A stretch of DNA of 64,000 bases from Alphaproteobacteria bacterium (GTDB lineage: Bacteria; Pseudomonadota; Alphaproteobacteria; UBA2966), in assembly GCA_964291395.2 (NCBI GenBank), contig OZ219858.1, positions 448,001 to 512,000 on the forward strand, written 5' to 3'. Within the stretch, counting starts at the first letter, position 1. Each line of letters begins with the position of its first letter. Both the position numbers and the translations under genes were made by a program. Shown one piece after another: positions 60,443-64,000 of the stretch. The notes under the pieces are model-generated. The model did no database searches, was not told the DNA's origin, and saw nothing but the letters and a program-made list of their open reading frames with translations.

Positions 60443-62008
60443 TCAAGTCTTCATTTGGTTCGATTTCTGAACCACGCGATCGATCATCATGGCGATCAGG
60501 GCGATTCCGATGCCGGCGAGGATACCGCGGCCGACCTCGGTCTGCCCCAAGGCGTCGACGACGATGAAGCCCATGCCGCCGGCTCCGATGATGGCGGCGA
60601 TGACGACCATGGACAGGCTCATCATGACCACCTGATTGACGCCGGCCATGATCGAGGGAAGGGCGAGCGGCAGCTCGACCTTCAGCATGAGCTGTCGGGG
60701 ACTCGCGCCAAACGCGAGCGCCGCTTCCTTCGTGCTGTCCGGGACCTGGCGAATGCCCAGCGCCGTCAGGCGCACCATCGGCGGCATCGCGAAGATCACG
60801 GTCGCCAGGATTCCCGGGGGTTTGCCGATCGAAAAGAACGCGACCGCCGGCAGCAGATACACGAAGGACGGTATCGTCTGCATGATGTCGAGGATCGGCG
60901 TGACGATCGCGGTGCCGAGCTTCGACTTGCCGACCCAGATCCCCAGCGGCAAGCCGGCGGCGACGCAGATGATCGTCGCGGCGACCACGAGGGAGATCGT
61001 GCTCATCGCCGTCTGCCAGAATCCGAACAGCGCGAGATAGACGAGAGATGAGGCGACGAAGATCGCGATCCGACTGCCCGCCATTTTATGCGCGATGACG
61101 ACGAACATGACAGCGGTCACGATCCAGGGGGTGCCGACGAACACCGCTTCCACCGCGTTCAACAGCGTGCGCAGCCAGCGGGTGATGCCGTCGAACACCC
61201 ACCCGTAGAACGCCTTGAGATAGCCGATGCTCTGGTCGACGACCTCGGAGACATAGGTGTTGAGGTTCACCGGACGCTTGGCCGCCGGCTCCTTGACCAC
61301 GATGCTCCGGGTGCCGTCCTCGTTACGGGGATAGGAGTACTGCAACGGGCGCTTCAGCCACACCAGGGTGGGGAACTCGGAGATCAGCCAGCAGTCGAAG
61401 CGGCCCTTCGCCGGGACGTCCTTGCCGTCCTGGATCTGTCGCACCTGCTTGATGCAGGCGCGCTCGTCGGGCGGGAACTGGCTCGCGCGGTAGAGGGTGA
61501 CCGGCGCGATCAGCGCCACGATGAGCGCCATCGTGACGAGCCGGCCGGTGTCGAGGCCGGACGGGAGCGAACGGTCGACCCGCCAGCGCGTGTAGTGGCG
61601 GTAGTACAGCCGATCCGCAAGTGCGCCGATAAGCACCCGGCCGACGACGAACATCACCGCGGCAGCCAGGATATGGGTGTCGGTCCAGGTCTCGTAGCGC
61701 TGAATGAGGAAGTCCTTGCCGTCTATGACGGCCTGCGCCGCGGCGAGGCTGTACTTGTAGGCCAGCGCGGCGTTGACGGCAGCAATCATGTCGCCGACGA
61801 AGCCGATCCAGAACAGCAGCCAGTTTCCGCGCAGCGCCGCCCAGACGAAGCTGCCCAGCAGCGCCGCGACGTTGAGATGACGGATGGGCAGCGTCGCGCG
61901 CTGAATGCGGTCGAACGTTCGCGCGTAGTACTCGCTGTTGGGGCCGGCGAACCCCTCCGGCGTGGCGCCCAGTTTGCCCGGCAGCGTGTCGATGTATGTG
62001 TCCATCAT
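60443..62008 (-). CDS. Betaine-type ABC permease (ProW-like) with long N-terminal extension
   Basis: PILDIMQTIPSFVYL, PPMVRLTALG, EAALAFGA, GVNQVVMMSLSMVV. Confidence 0.9.
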   Translation of the reverse strand: MMDTYIDTLPGKLGATPEGFAGPNSEYYARTFDRIQRATLPIRHLNVAALLGSFVWAALRGNWLLFWIGFVGDMIAAVNAALAYKYSLAAAQAVIDGKDFLIQRYETWTDTHILAAAVMFVVGRVLIGALADRLYYRHYTRWRVDRSLPSGLDTGRLVTMALIVALIAPVTLYRASQFPPDERACIKQVRQIQDGKDVPAKGRFDCWLISEFPTLVWLKRPLQYSYPRNEDGTRSIVVKEPAAKRPVNLNTYVSEVVDQSIGYLKAFYGWVFDGITRWLRTLLNAVEAVFVGTPWIVTAVMFVVIAHKMAGSRIAIFVASSLVYLALFGFWQTAMSTISLVVAATIICVAAGLPLGIWVGKSKLGTAIVTPILDIMQTIPSFVYLLPAVAFFSIGKPPGILATVIFAMPPMVRLTALGIRQVPDSTKEAALAFGASPRQLMLKVELPLALPSIMAGVNQVVMMSLSMVVIAAIIGAGGMGFIVVDALGQTEVGRGILAGIGIALIAMMIDRVVQKSNQMKT

Positions 62009-63066
62009 GTTTCTCCCTGAATTCCGCGAAGCAGGGCGTCCTTGGTGACGACTCCGACGAGTGCGCCATCCGACGTGATCGCGATGGGGTTGTCCTCGCC
62101 GACCACGAGGTCCACGAGCGAATCGAGGTCCGCCTCGACGTCGGCCTGGGGCCAGTTGTGAGCGCTGGGAATCGGGCCGTATGCCTCCTCGTACTGCTCC
62201 GGGGTCGACATGACCGTGTGCGCGAAGACCAGCTTCAGCCGCGAGATTCCCTTGACGAAATCGGCGACGTAGTCGTCCGACGGGTTGGTCACGATTTCCT
62301 CGGGCGTTCCGATCTGAACCACCTCACCGTCCTTCATGATGGCGATGCGCGATCCCATGCGAATCGCCTCGTCCAGGTCGTGGGTGATGAACAGGGTGGT
62401 CTTGCGCATCGTGCGGGAGAGTTCCAGGAACTCGTCCTGCAGCCCCCGGCGAATGAGCGGGTCCAGCGCCGAGAACGGCTCGTCCATCAGGAGGATCTCG
62501 GGGTCCGCCGCGAGGGCACGGGCCAGGCCGACGCGCTGTTGCATCCCACCCGACAGTTCCCGGGGCATGCGGTCGCCATAGCCCTGCAGGTGGACCGTCT
62601 CGATGACCCGGTCGGCGACTTGATGACGGGTATAGGTGTCGGCGTTCCGCAACTCGAGGGCGAACGCGATGTTGTCGCGTACGCTGCGATGCGGCAGCAG
62701 CGCCATGTTCTGGAACACCATGCCGATACGGTCGGCGCGCAGCGCGCGTAATTCCTCGGGCGACAACGCGCCGACGTCCACGCCGCCTATGAAAACCTGC
62801 CCGTGGGTCGGTTCGATAAGGCGGTTGACGTGGCGCACCAGGGTGGACTTGCCCGAGCCGGAAAGGCCCATGATGCAGAAGATCTCACCCGCGTCCACGC
62901 CGAAGCTTACGTCCTTCACGCCGACCACCGCGTCGAAGCGGTCGAGGACCGCAGCCTTGTCGAGATTTTCTTCCTGGATGGCCTTGACGACGTCGCCAGC
63001 GCGCTCGCCGAAGATCTTCCAGACGTTGCGGACGTCGATCACCTTGCCGCCGGTCTCGCTCGTCAT
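62005..63066 (-). CDS. proV: Betaine-type ABC ATP-binding protein (ProV-like)
   Basis: MGLSGSGKST, LSGGMQQRVGLARAL, DEPFSALDPLIR, FITHDLDEA. Confidence 0.9.
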   Translation of the reverse strand: MTSETGGKVIDVRNVWKIFGERAGDVVKAIQEENLDKAAVLDRFDAVVGVKDVSFGVDAGEIFCIMGLSGSGKSTLVRHVNRLIEPTHGQVFIGGVDVGALSPEELRALRADRIGMVFQNMALLPHRSVRDNIAFALELRNADTYTRHQVADRVIETVHLQGYGDRMPRELSGGMQQRVGLARALAADPEILLMDEPFSALDPLIRRGLQDEFLELSRTMRKTTLFITHDLDEAIRMGSRIAIMKDGEVVQIGTPEEIVTNPSDDYVADFVKGISRLKLVFAHTVMSTPEQYEEAYGPIPSAHNWPQADVEADLDSLVDLVVGEDNPIAITSDGALVGVVTKDALLRGIQGET

Positions 63067-63263
63067 GGGTCGCGCCCCCTTCCGCCGCTCGCCAACTCGT
63101 CCGGTCTGCCGTCAACCGTGCGCACCGGTTCGCCGTCGACGAGGCGCCGGAACTGAAATTTCACGCCGGCCTGGAAACGCCTGCCCCGATAGACGGGTAG
63201 GCCCCATCGACCCCTTTCGTCGTTGCCCCGTCCTAAAATAGGGAACCCGGGCATAGGTTTTCC

Positions 63264-63656
63264 TCAGGCGGGCGCCTCGGCGTCGGCCGTCTCATACTCC
63301 GCGGGTGACGTGATCTCGATCAGTTCGAGGTCGTCCGAATGGTCGACCTCGCGGTGACGGATCCCCGGGGGCTGATGCACGCAGTCTCCCGGACCGAGCT
63401 TCACCTCTCCCTTGCCCTCGTACTCGAAAATCGCCCACCCCTTGAGGATGTAGACCATCTGGAAGTCGAGATCGTGTTGGTGCCAGCCCACCCGCTCGCC
63501 GTGACCTTCGCGGGCACGAATCACGTGGGCATGGAACCTGCCCCCGGTCGACCGACCGATTCCGAGATCGCGGTACTCGAAGAACGTGCGTAATCCTTCC
63601 GACTCGAACGGCGTATCCTCCGCGTGCGTAACGGACAGCTTCATGCCGGATGCCAT
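63264..63656 (-). CDS. Cupin domain protein
   Basis: FFEYRDLG, WHQHDLDFQMVYILKG, QPPGIRHRE. Confidence 0.85.
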   Translation of the reverse strand: MASGMKLSVTHAEDTPFESEGLRTFFEYRDLGIGRSTGGRFHAHVIRAREGHGERVGWHQHDLDFQMVYILKGWAIFEYEGKGEVKLGPGDCVHQPPGIRHREVDHSDDLELIEITSPAEYETADAEAPA

Positions 63657-63740
63657 GGGGCAGCCCTCCCTGTGTGTCTGCGCGACGACGGTGTTCAGTG
63701 TACCAGCGAATGCGGCACGGCACGCGCGGATTCGGGTAGC

Positions 63741-64000
63741 TCAGCCCTCGTCCATCACGTCCTTCACCGTCTGCACGACCTGTTCGACGCTGGGGACGAC
63801 CTTGTCGGCCAAGGGCGGACTGTAGGGGACGGGTACGTCCAGCGCGGCCAAACGCTTGACGGGCGCGGCGAGGTCCGTGAAGCAGCGCTCCGAAACCGCA
63901 CAGGCGATCTCCGCCGTACATCCGGCCATCAACGCGTCTTCCGCGCAAACGATCGCCCGTCCCGTTCGGCGCGCCGAGGCGACCAACGTGTCCACGTCGA
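63741..64000 (-). CDS. 2-oxoacid dehydrogenase E1 beta / transketolase C-terminal domain (3' part only)
   Basis: SARRTGRAIVCAED...AEIA...LAAPVKRLA..DVPVPYSPPL. Confidence 0.82.
   Translation of the reverse strand, partial: DVDTLVASARRTGRAIVCAEDALMAGCTAEIACAVSERCFTDLAAPVKRLAALDVPVPYSPPLADKVVPSVEQVVQTVKDVMDEG

Noticed and set aside
1-64000. CRISPR array, rRNA, integrase, transposase, reverse transcriptase
   Set aside because: No regularly spaced repeats or diagnostic motifs found by eye or in the ORF track.

Overview
High-GC alphaproteobacterial chromosome segment (Rhodospirillales-like gene order; probably marine, inferred from a DMSP-lyase-family cupin and a betaine-type ABC transporter). 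Core blocks are: ftsE / zinc-ribbon / hpt / TIGR02302 / lysA / argH / tlpA / hbd / etfAB / mcd-like / gluQ ... coq7 / dsbB / tRNA-Leu(CAA); ispA-dxs / tRNA-Thr(CGT) / hemY-hemX-hemD-hemC / tsaD-gpsA-EVE / acs. Accessory DNA interrupts them. (i) About 17 kb lies between tRNA-Leu and a broken xseB. It includes a ~9 kb module (NitT/TauT ABC importer, three tandem VOC paralogues, flavin oxidoreductase, DMT, MDR oxidoreductase, orphan gene) bracketed by ~380-bp direct repeats with an 84-bp identical core; one copy carries a perfect 38-bp palindrome. (ii) A 2.5-kb insert is bracketed by a 76-bp duplication of the dxs 3' end and carries an hsdR scar, a PhyH dioxygenase and a frameshifted PQQ sugar dehydrogenase. 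(iii) There are two Phd/VapC toxin-antitoxin pairs, one with an amber-interrupted toxin and flanking direct repeats. (iv) A hydrolase-NIPSNAP-mmsB-NIPSNAP-amidohydrolase cluster follows. No integrase, transposase, CRISPR array or rRNA was seen. Product calls rest on motif recognition and remembered synteny, not on database searches.
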